NCBI GenBank assembly: GCA_964408705.1 | Contig: CAYPAI010000003.1 | Span: 5,382 to 69,381, forward strand | Direction of reading: 5' to 3' | DNA: 64,000 nt | From: Candidatus Woesearchaeota archaeon | Lineage (GTDB): Archaea; Nanobdellota; Nanobdellia; SCGC-AAA011-G17; PNOQ01 | In this document: positions 26,862 through 36,986 of the stretch, one piece after another | Numbering within the stretch: position 1 is the first letter of the stretch | Layout of the letters: each line of letters opens with the position of its first letter | Notes under the pieces: model-generated | Told to the model about the DNA's origin: nothing | Seen by the model: the letters and a program-made list of their open reading frames with translations, nothing else | The model's database searches: none | Made by a program: the position numbers and the translations under genes

Positions 26862-26942
26862 GAGTATTTGGTTAGTTTTATTCTTTTAAAGATTTATGAA
26901 TTTGGATTCATAAACTTTTTAATGCTATAGTTTTGATTTAAT

Positions 26943-28427
26943 ATGATGGGTGCTTATACTAAAAAAGTGATAAGAGGTGCAACTTACTTATTTATCTTTT
27001 CAGTTTTAGCATCATTCATTTCTTATTTTACAAGGATTTATCTAGCTAGAAATCTCACTCTTGAAGAATTTGGTTTATTTTTTGCAGTTTTTTCTTTGTT
27101 TAATTTTTTGGTTATTTTTAAAGACCTAGGACTAGGTCAGGCCATGGTTAAATTTTTATCTGAATTTCAGGCTAATAATGAGTTTAATAAATCTAAGACT
27201 TCAATTTTTATCGTAACATCTATTCAATTGTCTTTAGCTTTTATAATATCTGCATTTATGATTTTTTTTGCAAAGTTTCTTAGTGAAAATTATTTTAAGA
27301 ATCCAGAATCTTTTTATCTAATCATTATTTTATCACTTTGGTTTTTCTTAAGTACTATTCAAGGAATTGTATTTCAAGTGTTTTATGGTTTAAAATATTT
27401 TTTTATTTTTTCACTAAAAGATTTTATTAAGAATTTTATTTTTATTTTATTACTTATTCTTTTATTTTCTTTAGGTTTCGGATTGTTTAGTCCTGCTCTT
27501 GCATGGTTGTTTACAACTATTTTACTTGCTTTATTTTTCTTTCCTTTAATGTTATCAAAATTTAATTTTTTTAAATATCGTTTAGTGAATCAATTTGAAA
27601 TTTCTAAAAAATTATTTTGGTTTGGAGTTCCTTTAATATTTTTAACTGCAGGTAGTTTGGTTATAGGGTATCTAGATACTTTGATGTTGACTTATTTTAG
27701 GAGTCTTGAAGAAGTTGGCATTTATAATGTAGTCTTGCCTTCTGCAATGCTTCTTATTTTTCTTGGGCGTTCTATTGCGCTTACGATCTTTCCAATAGGT
27801 TCCGAACTTTGGATAAAAAACCAAAAGAAAAAACTTTCTAATGGGTTAAGTTTAATGTTAAAGTATTCTTTTTTAGCTGTAATGCCTATAGCATTGTCTT
27901 TAATAATCTTCTCAGATTTATTTTTAAAAATATTTTTTGGTCCAGAGTATATTGCAGGAAGTTTATCTTTTAAAATACTATTAGTAGGAGTTATTTTCTA
28001 TATTATTGCACAAATAAATAATTCAATTATATCTTCGATAGGTATGCCTAAAAAAGTTACAAAAATTGTGTTGTGGGCAGCACTTCTGAATATTCTAGTT
28101 AATTTGATACTTATTCCTATTTTTGGAATTGTTGGAGCAGCTTTTGCCACTACTATGAGTTATATGTTGGTTTGTTTTTTAAGCATACTTGAAATAAGGA
28201 AAGTTTTTGATTTTAATCCACCTTGGAGCTCATGGATTAAGACACTATTTTCAGGAATATTATTTGTGTTATCTATTGAAGTTATGTCCAATCTATTTAA
28301 TTTTAATTTATGGTTAGAATTAATTGTTGTATTATTTGCTTCTATTCTTGTATACTTATTTGCATTATTTATTACTCGCGTTATAACATATTCTGAAATA
28401 AAAGGTCTTATTAAAAATATTATCTAA
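26943..28427 (+). CDS. Oligosaccharide flippase (Wzx / MOP superfamily polysaccharide biosynthesis protein)
   Basis: 494 aa, about 12-14 TM. The layout is typical of MOP flippases. Confidence 0.55.
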   Translation: MMGAYTKKVIRGATYLFIFSVLASFISYFTRIYLARNLTLEEFGLFFAVFSLFNFLVIFKDLGLGQAMVKFLSEFQANNEFNKSKTSIFIVTSIQLSLAFIISAFMIFFAKFLSENYFKNPESFYLIIILSLWFFLSTIQGIVFQVFYGLKYFFIFSLKDFIKNFIFILLLILLFSLGFGLFSPALAWLFTTILLALFFFPLMLSKFNFFKYRLVNQFEISKKLFWFGVPLIFLTAGSLVIGYLDTLMLTYFRSLEEVGIYNVVLPSAMLLIFLGRSIALTIFPIGSELWIKNQKKKLSNGLSLMLKYSFLAVMPIALSLIIFSDLFLKIFFGPEYIAGSLSFKILLVGVIFYIIAQINNSIISSIGMPKKVTKIVLWAALLNILVNLILIPIFGIVGAAFATTMSYMLVCFLSILEIRKVFDFNPPWSSWIKTLFSGILFVLSIEVMSNLFNFNLWLELIVVLFASILVYLFALFITRVITYSEIKGLIKNII

Positions 28428-29941
28428 AGGTTTATACTATCTATTGTTTCTTTTATCAAATTTTTAGTTTCGTCTGATTTTTTAATCTTTAAATCGTCCA
28501 TCAAATTTTCTATTACTTCTCCATCCATATCTGAGGGTATAGGTATTCCAAAATATGCTAGTGCTGTGGGAGTTATATTTAAAACATGAGTATTTATTTC
28601 TTTATTTTTTTTAACTTTATTTCCAAGTGCAATAAATATTCCATCTACATGGTGATCTGCTTGAATATGTTCATCATTTATTTCTGTTATTACTTTTTTT
28701 TCAATGTTATATCCTGTGTTTGACTTTACTGCTCCTTCTTCTGCAATAAAAACTATATCTGGTGCTTTCTCTAAGTAAGGACCATGATATAATTCCTCCC
28801 TAGTGTAGACTTCTAGTTTTATTTCTTTTTCCTTAAAGAATTTTTTTAAATCTTTCATTATTTTTTCCTTAGTCTCTACGTATTCTTCTTCAGAAACACT
28901 TCCTTCATTTTCTCTGCCTTTGAGATTTATGATTATTCTACCTTGTACTCCTGCAGAATAAGCTTTTGTTTTTTCCCAGTCTATTAAATTAGTTACATCT
29001 GTTTCTTTTTCATTTTTTATTATTGAGCCAATAAAGAATCTATATTTGTTTCTCACGTTTTTACTTATATATTTCATTAGTTTCAATTTTACTAATATTG
29101 AAACCATTGGATTAAATATTTTTTCATAGTTTTTTGAGTTTAATCCCAATTTTGCCAAAATACTGGGCTTTGCTTTCTTTTTTAAAGTTAAATATCCTTT
29201 TTCTTCTAACCAGTTGTTTATATTAAAATTTTTCTTTAGTTTTGTCATCCCATGATCTGAAACAATGATTAAACAAGTATCTTTATCTAATTTTTTTACA
29301 AATTTTTCTAATCTACTGTCTATTTTTTTAAGTGCAGTTTTTATAAATTCTTTATGATTCCACCTAAAGTGTAATATTGGATCATTTACATAAATGTTCA
29401 TAGATAATAAATTAAACTTTTTATTTTTTAGTATATAATCTAATTGATCAAATCTTAAGTCAAGAAGATCTAATAATCTTTGATTAAACATAGGGTTTCT
29501 TGAATTTAATCCTGCAGTTGTATCTTCTGGCCATGAGAAATTGAACCAATCTTTTCTTAAATGGTCTCCTTCACCAAAGCTTATTTCAGATCTGAAAGGA
29601 GAAGATAAAGGTATATTGATAAGTCCACATTTTAGATCTGATTCTTGAAGATATTCCCATAAAAATTTAGATTTTATATCGCTTGAGCATACATAATGGC
29701 CAGGTTTATAATTATTTATTGAACAAAAATCAAACACCCCATGTTTACCAGGGTTTTTACCTGTAAATATTGCTGGCCATGCTGTTGCTGTAATTGGTAA
29801 TATAACACTTCTTAGTTTTCCCCATGCTTTTTCTTTTTTTAGCTTATTAAAGAATTTTAAGTCGCCTGATTCGATTAAAGGATCTATTGCATTCCAAGTT
29901 GCCCCATCTAGGCCTAATATTATTAATTTTTTTTTATTCAT
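28424..29941 (-). CDS. Alkaline-phosphatase-superfamily protein (type I phosphodiesterase/nucleotide pyrophosphatase family)
   Basis: N-terminal LILGLDGATWNAID metal-binding motif, and VSDHGM. Confidence 0.5.
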   Translation of the reverse strand: MNKKKLIILGLDGATWNAIDPLIESGDLKFFNKLKKEKAWGKLRSVILPITATAWPAIFTGKNPGKHGVFDFCSINNYKPGHYVCSSDIKSKFLWEYLQESDLKCGLINIPLSSPFRSEISFGEGDHLRKDWFNFSWPEDTTAGLNSRNPMFNQRLLDLLDLRFDQLDYILKNKKFNLLSMNIYVNDPILHFRWNHKEFIKTALKKIDSRLEKFVKKLDKDTCLIIVSDHGMTKLKKNFNINNWLEEKGYLTLKKKAKPSILAKLGLNSKNYEKIFNPMVSILVKLKLMKYISKNVRNKYRFFIGSIIKNEKETDVTNLIDWEKTKAYSAGVQGRIIINLKGRENEGSVSEEEYVETKEKIMKDLKKFFKEKEIKLEVYTREELYHGPYLEKAPDIVFIAEEGAVKSNTGYNIEKKVITEINDEHIQADHHVDGIFIALGNKVKKNKEINTHVLNITPTALAYFGIPIPSDMDGEVIENLMDDLKIKKSDETKNLIKETIDSINL

Positions 29942-30947
29942 TTGTATATGGTTTGATCATTCTCATTATTTCAAGTATTGTTAAATGTTTGGAACTTCTT
30001 GAGTCATATTCAGTTTTTTGATTTTTTGATTCAAATCCTTTCTCAATCTCATGAGGATTAAAATGTCCAGGGTACAATACAAACATATCTTTTAAGTTTT
30101 TAACATTTCTTGATTCTTCTTGAGTTAGTAGTATTTCATGTAACTTTTCTCCTGGTCTTACTCCAGTTATTTTTATCCTTGACCTATTATTCTCTGAGGA
30201 GATGTTCATATTATTTATTACAGCTTTAGCTAGATCTATAATTCTTAAACTTTTCATTTTTAGTATAAAAATTTCTCTACCTTTAGAAATTTCTGCTGCC
30301 CTTAAGACAAGATTGGTTGCTTCTTTTATTGACATAAAAAATCTAGTCATATCTGTTGATGTTATTGTTATGGGTTTACCTTTTTTTATTTGATTTATGA
30401 AAGTAGGAATTACAGATCCGCTGGAGTTTAATACATTTCCAAATCTTACACAACAAAATTTTGTCTTGTAGGATCCGATATCATTTATTATTAATTTTTC
30501 ACTCAATAGTTTGGTTGCACCCATTGTGTTGATTGGATTTACTGCCTTATCTGTACTTATAAAAACTACTTTATCTATTTCTTCTTCTCTAGATATTTTA
30601 ATTACATTCTGAGTTCCTATCACGTTAGTTTTTACTGCTTCATAAGGATTATACTCACACAGAGGTACGTGTTTTAATGCAGCGCAATGGAATACTATAT
30701 TCGTATTTTTCATTGCAACTTTTAATCTCGTTTCATCTCTAATATCTCCTATTAAGTATCTTGCTTTTTTGAAATTATTTAATTCCTGCTGTATTTCGAA
30801 CATTTTTGCTTCGTCGTTATCAAATATTTTAATAAGTTTTGGTTTATGTTTTATTAATTGCCTAACTATCTCTGACCCTATTGATCCACATCCTCCTGTA
30901 ACAAGGATTTCTTTATTTTTGAATATATTTTTCTTTAAAAAATTCAT
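29934..30947 (-). CDS. UDP-GlcNAc 4,6-dehydratase (CapD/PseB/LegB-like)
   Basis: ILVTGGCGSIGSEI Rossmann. Polysacc_synt_2 pattern. Confidence 0.7.
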   Translation of the reverse strand: MNFLKKNIFKNKEILVTGGCGSIGSEIVRQLIKHKPKLIKIFDNDEAKMFEIQQELNNFKKARYLIGDIRDETRLKVAMKNTNIVFHCAALKHVPLCEYNPYEAVKTNVIGTQNVIKISREEEIDKVVFISTDKAVNPINTMGATKLLSEKLIINDIGSYKTKFCCVRFGNVLNSSGSVIPTFINQIKKGKPITITSTDMTRFFMSIKEATNLVLRAAEISKGREIFILKMKSLRIIDLAKAVINNMNISSENNRSRIKITGVRPGEKLHEILLTQEESRNVKNLKDMFVLYPGHFNPHEIEKGFESKNQKTEYDSRSSKHLTILEIMRMIKPYTNE

Positions 30948-32067
30948 TTATACTCTCAACCATATAGTTTAATTCTTCATTTTTTAGTTCTACATGCATA
31001 GGTAATGTTAAAACTTTGTTTGCAATATCTTCTGTGTTAGGTAGGTGTCCTTTAGCCAAATTTAGCTCTTTTTGATATAATTTACTTAAGTGAATTGGAT
31101 TAAAATATACTTTAGTCATTATTCCTTTTTGTTCTAAGAACTTTTGAAGGTTATTTCTTTGTTCATTATTTTTTAAAATAATTGTATACATCTGATATAC
31201 ATTAAAATGGTTTTTAGGTGCTATTGGTAAGATTATGTCATTTATCTTGGATAATTCTTGGTTAAGGTAACTTGCAATATCATTTCTTTTTTTTATTATC
31301 TTGTCTAATTTATTTAATTGACTTATTCCTAGTGCTGCATTTATTGTCGGTAGCCTAAAATTATATCCAATAGTAGTATATTCGTTTTCATTAATGTTAG
31401 AAAAATAATCTCCATGCTTTTCTTCAAATCTCCCATGGGATCTTATTAGTTTCATCTTTTCATATATTTTTTTAGACTTAGTTAGTGCAATTCCACCTTC
31501 ACCTGTTGTGATTATTTTATTTTGACAAAGACTAAATATTGAACTATCTCCCAATGTTCCAACGTGCTCTTCTTCAATTTTTGCACCAAATGCTTGTGCT
31601 GCATCTTCAATTAAAAGTATATTTTTTTCTTTTGCTAATTTTTTTAGTTTTATTGTGTCTCTTGCAGGACAACCCTGAAAATGTACTAATATTATTGCTT
31701 TTGTTTTATCACTTATTTTTCTTTTTACATCTTCAAAGTCTAAACCCAAAGTTTCTGTTTCAGATTCTGCAAAGATGGGTATACCTTTTGCAAGAAGTAC
31801 TGCATTAGATGTCGCTATAAATGTAAAAGAAGGCACTATAATCTCTTTTTCTTCTATATCATGAGCTAATAATAAAGTATGTAATGCTGAGGTTCCAGAG
31901 TTAAATGCAAGTACATTTTGCATGTCTAATAATTTTCCAATTTTATTTTCAAATTCTTTTATTTCTGGACCATCTGCCCAAAATGAACCCCTTCTTAGAA
32001 CTTTTTCTACTGAAGAAATGTCTTCTTCATCATAATGCATTTTGAATAAAGGTATTTTCCAGTTCAT
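30913..32067 (-). CDS. DegT/DnrJ/EryC1-family PLP-dependent sugar aminotransferase (PseC/LegC-like)
   Basis: AFNSGTSALHTLL, IVPSFTFIATSNAV, IEDAAQAFG, LCQNKIITTGEGG. Confidence 0.7.
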   Translation of the reverse strand: MNWKIPLFKMHYDEEDISSVEKVLRRGSFWADGPEIKEFENKIGKLLDMQNVLAFNSGTSALHTLLLAHDIEEKEIIVPSFTFIATSNAVLLAKGIPIFAESETETLGLDFEDVKRKISDKTKAIILVHFQGCPARDTIKLKKLAKEKNILLIEDAAQAFGAKIEEEHVGTLGDSSIFSLCQNKIITTGEGGIALTKSKKIYEKMKLIRSHGRFEEKHGDYFSNINENEYTTIGYNFRLPTINAALGISQLNKLDKIIKKRNDIASYLNQELSKINDIILPIAPKNHFNVYQMYTIILKNNEQRNNLQKFLEQKGIMTKVYFNPIHLSKLYQKELNLAKGHLPNTEDIANKVLTLPMHVELKNEELNYMVESINEFFKEKYIQK

Positions 32068-32070
32068 TAT

Positions 32071-33138
32071 TTATCTCCTATAATAAGGGAAAAAATTATC
32101 GTTTACTTTGCTTTTGTTATTCCCGTCTACCGAGTCTCTGAGAGCGCATAGTCTTTTATAAGTTTTATTATCGTGAATTATATTTGCAGTATAAAGCCTT
32201 CTCCTTAACTTAGAAAAACTTTTTTTGAACTTAAATAATGAATCACCATCATTCAATCCACCCCCCAAATGAAGGAACTTATTTTTATTTTTTTTACCCA
32301 TCTTTATTGCCTCCCAAATTATTAAATTATTTGGTGATAAGTTTAAGTATGTTTTATCTGAACCGGCAAAATGATAATTGATAAATTTATCCATCTGAAT
32401 AAATAATGCTGCAGATATCATTTGGCCATTATGTTCTGCTATTATTATTGAAATTTTGTTTTTTAAAAATTTTAGATGGTTTTCAAAAAATTTAATCGGG
32501 AATAAATATTTTAAATTTGCTTTATTTTTCTTCATAGTAGATAGATACAATTTTGTGAAATTTTTTAGGTCTTTCTTGTCTTTTGAAAATCTTATTTTAA
32601 CATTTTTTTTAATGGCTTTTCTAATTAAATTTCTAGTTTTTTTATTTAGCTCCATTAAAATATGTTCTTGGGTTAAGTCTACATATACTGTTTTATTTTG
32701 TTTTTTTAGTTTATATAATCTTGAGTATATCTTATGGTTTTCTATTAAAGGATGAAATCTTATGAAGCTTGTAACAATCCTTTTCTTCTTACATAAAGAG
32801 GAGTATTCTAATTTGAAATATTCTAATAATTTTTCTTTATTTTTTCCAAATTTAGATAAAGGTCCTGAATAACCATAAGGAGAGATCAAATCATAATACT
32901 TTTTTCCATTCAGGTTTATTTCCCTTTTAATCAAACTTAAAAGTATAAACTCATTTTTATTTCCAAAGAATAATAAGATTGGTTTTCCACAAAAGTTTTC
33001 ATCGATATGTTTGTTATAATTATCATTGTATATTTTTAAATATTCTGGTGTAAAATATACATCCTTATCTTTGATTTTAGAAAGAAGTTTATTCCATTCT
33101 TTAGTGTTTTCAATGTCAATTATTTTAGACTCAAACAT
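32071..33138 (-). CDS. FemAB-like / GNAT (Acetyltransf_6) acyltransferase
   Basis: C-terminal ...LHLGGG...LFKFKKSF, typical of the FemAB/BioF2-like acyltransferase family. Sits inside the nonulosonic acid cluster. Confidence 0.45.
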   Translation of the reverse strand: MFESKIIDIENTKEWNKLLSKIKDKDVYFTPEYLKIYNDNYNKHIDENFCGKPILLFFGNKNEFILLSLIKREINLNGKKYYDLISPYGYSGPLSKFGKNKEKLLEYFKLEYSSLCKKKRIVTSFIRFHPLIENHKIYSRLYKLKKQNKTVYVDLTQEHILMELNKKTRNLIRKAIKKNVKIRFSKDKKDLKNFTKLYLSTMKKNKANLKYLFPIKFFENHLKFLKNKISIIIAEHNGQMISAALFIQMDKFINYHFAGSDKTYLNLSPNNLIIWEAIKMGKKNKNKFLHLGGGLNDGDSLFKFKKSFSKLRRRLYTANIIHDNKTYKRLCALRDSVDGNNKSKVNDNFFPYYRR

Positions 33139-34186
33139 TTTTTAATATTATCTCCATAATTTTTTTTATATCTTTTTGAGAGTATCTTTGGTCAATAGGT
33201 ATTGTTAATATTGTTTTTGATATTTTCCAGCAGTTTTCGAATTCCTTACAGTTTATCTCTTCTGGAAGGGCCCAGTGAATAGGGGGGTATATTTTATTTT
33301 GGATTAATTTTTGTCTTATTTCATTTCTAACTTCATTAGACTGAAACAAAACTGGAAATCCTAAGGGGCATTCTTCATTAGTTAGATTAGTTATTACTGG
33401 TTTTAATTTATTAGTTCGATTTATTTGTGATAAGACGTAGTTATAATTTTTTTTTCTTTTTAGGTGGATCTCATTAAAATTAGTTCTTTCTATGATATAT
33501 TTTGATACTTTGGATATAGGTTTAGGTCTCCTATAGTTATTGATTAATTTTTCTTCTGATCTGATTATCAGTTTTCTTGCTAGTTTTTTAAAACCTACTA
33601 GTTTTAAGATTCCTGCATATAATCTTGTTTTATAAAATTTATTTGTATGTGTGTTTGGTAATATCTTTTTTTTAAAATCTCCAATTAAGAATGCCCCATC
33701 TGGGACTGGTAAAAACTTTCGATAACTATTGAAATTAAAATCACCATATTTAATATGGGAAGAGATAAATGATTGTACATTGTCTTCAACTAGTTTAATC
33801 TTTCTTTTTTCACAAACTTTCTTTATTTCTTTTATTTTTGGTTGAATTTTTCCGAAATAATTAATTAAAAAAAGTAATTTTATTGATTTATCTTTTAGTT
33901 TATTTTTAATATCTGTTAAATTTGGTTCCAAGTTATTATTAAGTTTATAGAATTTATAGCCTATATTATTTTTTTTTAATGGTTCCAGTATTGAGTCGCA
34001 TAAATATGAAGGGACTAAAACTTTTGATTTAAAAGTTATATTTTGAGATTTTATTATGTAATCTATACAATCCCTTCCATTAGATAATAATATCATTTTT
34101 GGATGGATATTTTTTATTTTTTTAGTAAAGATTGGAAGTTTTATCTTAAAATCTCCTCCAATCTCTTTTTTAAGATTAGTAATCAT
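33131..34186 (-). CDS. DegT-like fold-type-I enzyme (second putative sugar aminotransferase/dehydratase)
   Basis: VLVPSYLCDSI, KLVEDNVQSF and FNSYRKFLPVPDG resemble the DegT pattern loosely. Confidence 0.35.
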   Translation of the reverse strand: MITNLKKEIGGDFKIKLPIFTKKIKNIHPKMILLSNGRDCIDYIIKSQNITFKSKVLVPSYLCDSILEPLKKNNIGYKFYKLNNNLEPNLTDIKNKLKDKSIKLLFLINYFGKIQPKIKEIKKVCEKRKIKLVEDNVQSFISSHIKYGDFNFNSYRKFLPVPDGAFLIGDFKKKILPNTHTNKFYKTRLYAGILKLVGFKKLARKLIIRSEEKLINNYRRPKPISKVSKYIIERTNFNEIHLKRKKNYNYVLSQINRTNKLKPVITNLTNEECPLGFPVLFQSNEVRNEIRQKLIQNKIYPPIHWALPEEINCKEFENCWKISKTILTIPIDQRYSQKDIKKIMEIILKNV

Positions 34187-35300
34187 TTTTTTTATCTATT
34201 AATTTTTTGTTTAATTCTATTTTTTCTAAGATTTTACATATTTTTCCTTCAAAATTTTTTGACTTATAAGGATTTTTCAAATTTTCTAGTTTTTTTATAA
34301 AATTTTTATTTATTGCCTTTTGTATAGCTCTAGTTATTTCTTTTTGATTATGTTTAACATTTAATACATTATTTCCTTGTTCTCTGCCTCTTTGTCTATT
34401 TCCTATATTGATGCAAGGGGTCTTGAATTGAGGAGTTTCAACTATTCCAGAACTTGAGTTCCCAACTATAGCTGAACAATTCTTTAGTAGGCCCAAATAT
34501 GTGGATGGTTTCAAATTCTGAAAAGCTATAAAATTATCTTTTGAACTATACTCTTCAATTAAATCAATCATTTCTTTGGAGCCAGGTTCACCATTGGGAT
34601 AGATGATTATTGATTTTAGGTTAAGATTTTCTATTGACTTTAGGGTTTCTTCTAATTGTTTTTTAGATTTTTTTATTTCAGAAAAAACTGGGTGTTGCAA
34701 TACTAAGATAATCTCTTTGGATAAATCTATTTTTAAAATTTTTTCTAATTTTTCTTTTTTTGTTATTTTATTAAACAAAGGAGTTCCTATCATATGGATT
34801 CTCCACTTTTCCTCTCCCATCTTGATTATTCTTTGTTTGCTTTTTTTACTTCCTGGAAAGTGTATGTGGGAAAGTTTAGTTAATGCATGGCGAATTCTAT
34901 CATCTATAGATCCTGATATGTCTCCCCCTGAAATGTGGATTAAAGGAATATTAAGATGCATTCCTGCTATTGCAGTTGCTAATTGTTCATATCTATCTCC
35001 TTCTATCAAAATCAAATCTGGTTTTATTTCTTCAAAGGTTTTTGATAGTTCAATCAATAATTCTCCTGTAAAAACTGAAGTGTTTAATCCCTTATGGGAG
35101 ATGTTTACTGATCCTCTAATTTTTTTAAAAATAGGTAATTTTGTTTTTTCCAAAATTTTGATTCCAAGTTTATTAGTTAGATGTGTTCCAGTTACAATAA
35201 GTTGTAATTCTAGGTTCTTATTTTGATTTATCTGTTGTAAGGTGGGTAACATTAATCCAAACTCAGATCTTGATCCTGTAACATAAGCTATTTTTCTCAT
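34176..35300 (-). CDS. neuC: UDP-N-acetylglucosamine 2-epimerase, hydrolysing (NeuC/LegG-like)
   Basis: MRKIAYVTGSRSEFG, GDRYEQLATA, HISGGD. Confidence 0.7.
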   Translation of the reverse strand: MRKIAYVTGSRSEFGLMLPTLQQINQNKNLELQLIVTGTHLTNKLGIKILEKTKLPIFKKIRGSVNISHKGLNTSVFTGELLIELSKTFEEIKPDLILIEGDRYEQLATAIAGMHLNIPLIHISGGDISGSIDDRIRHALTKLSHIHFPGSKKSKQRIIKMGEEKWRIHMIGTPLFNKITKKEKLEKILKIDLSKEIILVLQHPVFSEIKKSKKQLEETLKSIENLNLKSIIIYPNGEPGSKEMIDLIEEYSSKDNFIAFQNLKPSTYLGLLKNCSAIVGNSSSGIVETPQFKTPCINIGNRQRGREQGNNVLNVKHNQKEITRAIQKAINKNFIKKLENLKNPYKSKNFEGKICKILEKIELNKKLIDKKNDY

Positions 35301-36379
35301 TCTAAATCTTCCATAACTATTATTTTATTTTTTTGTATACTTTTTTTGGTTTTTTTACCTAAAATTTTCTTAATTTCTTCTGGTCTGATACCCTTACCAT
35401 CTGCTCTTTTCATAGATGTGTTATTTTTAGTTAGTGTATCTCCTTTTTCTAAATTGAAGCTAGATACTATCGACTTTTGAAGGACTTTTTTATTTTTTAG
35501 TTCTGTCTTAGTAGGTATTTTATCATAAGAACCCCTTATTAGGTCATAGAATTTAGTTCCAATTTTGTTTTTTACATATTCTTTCTTGTTTTGTATTTTT
35601 TCTAATTTTCTAATTTCAAGCACTAATTCCTTTAATTGAGAAGAAGATAGTGCAAATTTATGATCTGGCCCATCTGCTAATGGATCATGGGTAAAGTGTT
35701 TTTCTATTATCTTTGCTCCGAGTGATACGGCTACAAGTGAACATTCAATGCCTAAAGTGTGGTCCGAGTATCCTACTATTCCTCCAGTTTTTTCCCTTAT
35801 AGTTAGCATTGAATTTAAATTTGCATCTTCATATTTAGTAGGATATTCACTTGTACAATGGAGAAAAATTAAGTTATTATTTATTTTACTAATTTTTTTT
35901 TGAATATCTGTTATTTGTTCAATATTGCTCATTCCAGTAGAAATAATTATTTTTTTTTGATAACTTGCAACATATTTTAAAAAACCTATGTTTGTTAATT
36001 CTCCTGAGCCAATTTTGATTATAGGTAAGTTTAGTTCTTCTATTAAAAATTTTGCACTTTTTTCTTCATCTGGAGTAGATAAAAATAATATATTTTTTTC
36101 TTCACAATATCTTTTTAATTTTTCAAAGTCTTTGTAAGTGAGTTCTAAGTTTTTTATCATATCAAATTGGCTTTCATTAGAACTTGTTCTTTCTTTTTGA
36201 TAATCTGCTTTTTTAGTGTTAGGAATAATTAACTCTTCAGTGATCCATGTTTGAAATTTAACTGCATCTGCTCCAGAGTCTTTAGCAATATCTACTAATA
36301 GTTTAGCTTTATCTAAACTACCGTCGTGACAAACTCCTGCTTCAGCAATAATAAAACAGCTATTATCTTCAGATAACAT
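35297..36379 (-). CDS. neuB: N-acylneuraminate (nonulosonic acid) synthase, NeuB/LegI-like with SAF domain
   Basis: CFIIAEAGVCHDGSLDKAKLLVDIAKDSGADAVKFQTW plus a C-terminal antifreeze-like domain. Confidence 0.8.
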   Translation of the reverse strand: MLSEDNSCFIIAEAGVCHDGSLDKAKLLVDIAKDSGADAVKFQTWITEELIIPNTKKADYQKERTSSNESQFDMIKNLELTYKDFEKLKRYCEEKNILFLSTPDEEKSAKFLIEELNLPIIKIGSGELTNIGFLKYVASYQKKIIISTGMSNIEQITDIQKKISKINNNLIFLHCTSEYPTKYEDANLNSMLTIREKTGGIVGYSDHTLGIECSLVAVSLGAKIIEKHFTHDPLADGPDHKFALSSSQLKELVLEIRKLEKIQNKKEYVKNKIGTKFYDLIRGSYDKIPTKTELKNKKVLQKSIVSSFNLEKGDTLTKNNTSMKRADGKGIRPEEIKKILGKKTKKSIQKNKIIVMEDLE

Positions 36380-36428
36380 AGTAGATTATACTCCCATTAT
36401 AGGCATTATAAGTCTTGTGAAAAAAAGA

Positions 36429-36986
36429 TTAAGAACTGTTATTTTGGTTGTATTCTTCTATTTCCATCCAGATTGAGTTTGGTGGAAACATAAACATAAG
36501 AAAGCTTTTTTCATAATATGTTTGCATTCTTTCTGATTTATTTATTAATTTTTTAATTAAATTTATTGGAAAATATTTATCAAAGTTTAAATTAAACCAT
36601 ATCTTATTTATTTTTAGGTTATAGTCTCTATTTATCCAATCATTCTTCTTTTTTCTTCTCTTGTCTAAATTTCTTAAATCAGTTATAGAGTATCCCATTG
36701 AAGAGATATCCTTTTCAAATATTACTGTCGACCTATAAATCAAAGGTGTGAAGTTTATTATTACTTTTTGTCCAATCCTACATAGTTCTTTCAAACTTGG
36801 TATGATCTCAGAAGTTTTTATATATGGTGTTACGCTTTTGCAGTATACCACACTAAACTCTTTATTTTTGAAAGGTTGTAGTTTAGGTAGAGGGGGTACA
36901 ACTTTATCAGGATTTACTTCTTTAGTTATATCTACATTTAAATATTCTTTTAATTTTTCTTTCCCGCATCCATAATTAATCTTCAT
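36429..36986 (-). CDS. Small class-I SAM methyltransferase-like protein
   Basis: INYGCGKEKLKEYLNVDI resembles Methyltransf_11/23 motif I. Confidence 0.3.
   Translation of the reverse strand: MKINYGCGKEKLKEYLNVDITKEVNPDKVVPPLPKLQPFKNKEFSVVYCKSVTPYIKTSEIIPSLKELCRIGQKVIINFTPLIYRSTVIFEKDISSMGYSITDLRNLDKRRKKKNDWINRDYNLKINKIWFNLNFDKYFPINLIKKLINKSERMQTYYEKSFLMFMFPPNSIWMEIEEYNQNNSS

Noticed and set aside
34603-35226. 207-aa plus-strand ORF inside neuC, and similar antisense ORFs at 37356-37838, 52792-53247, 47900-48223, 40589-40978 and 30202-30393
   Set aside because: All are antisense to genes with clear family signatures. They are Phe/Ile/Leu-rich artefacts of reading AT-rich DNA on the opposite strand.
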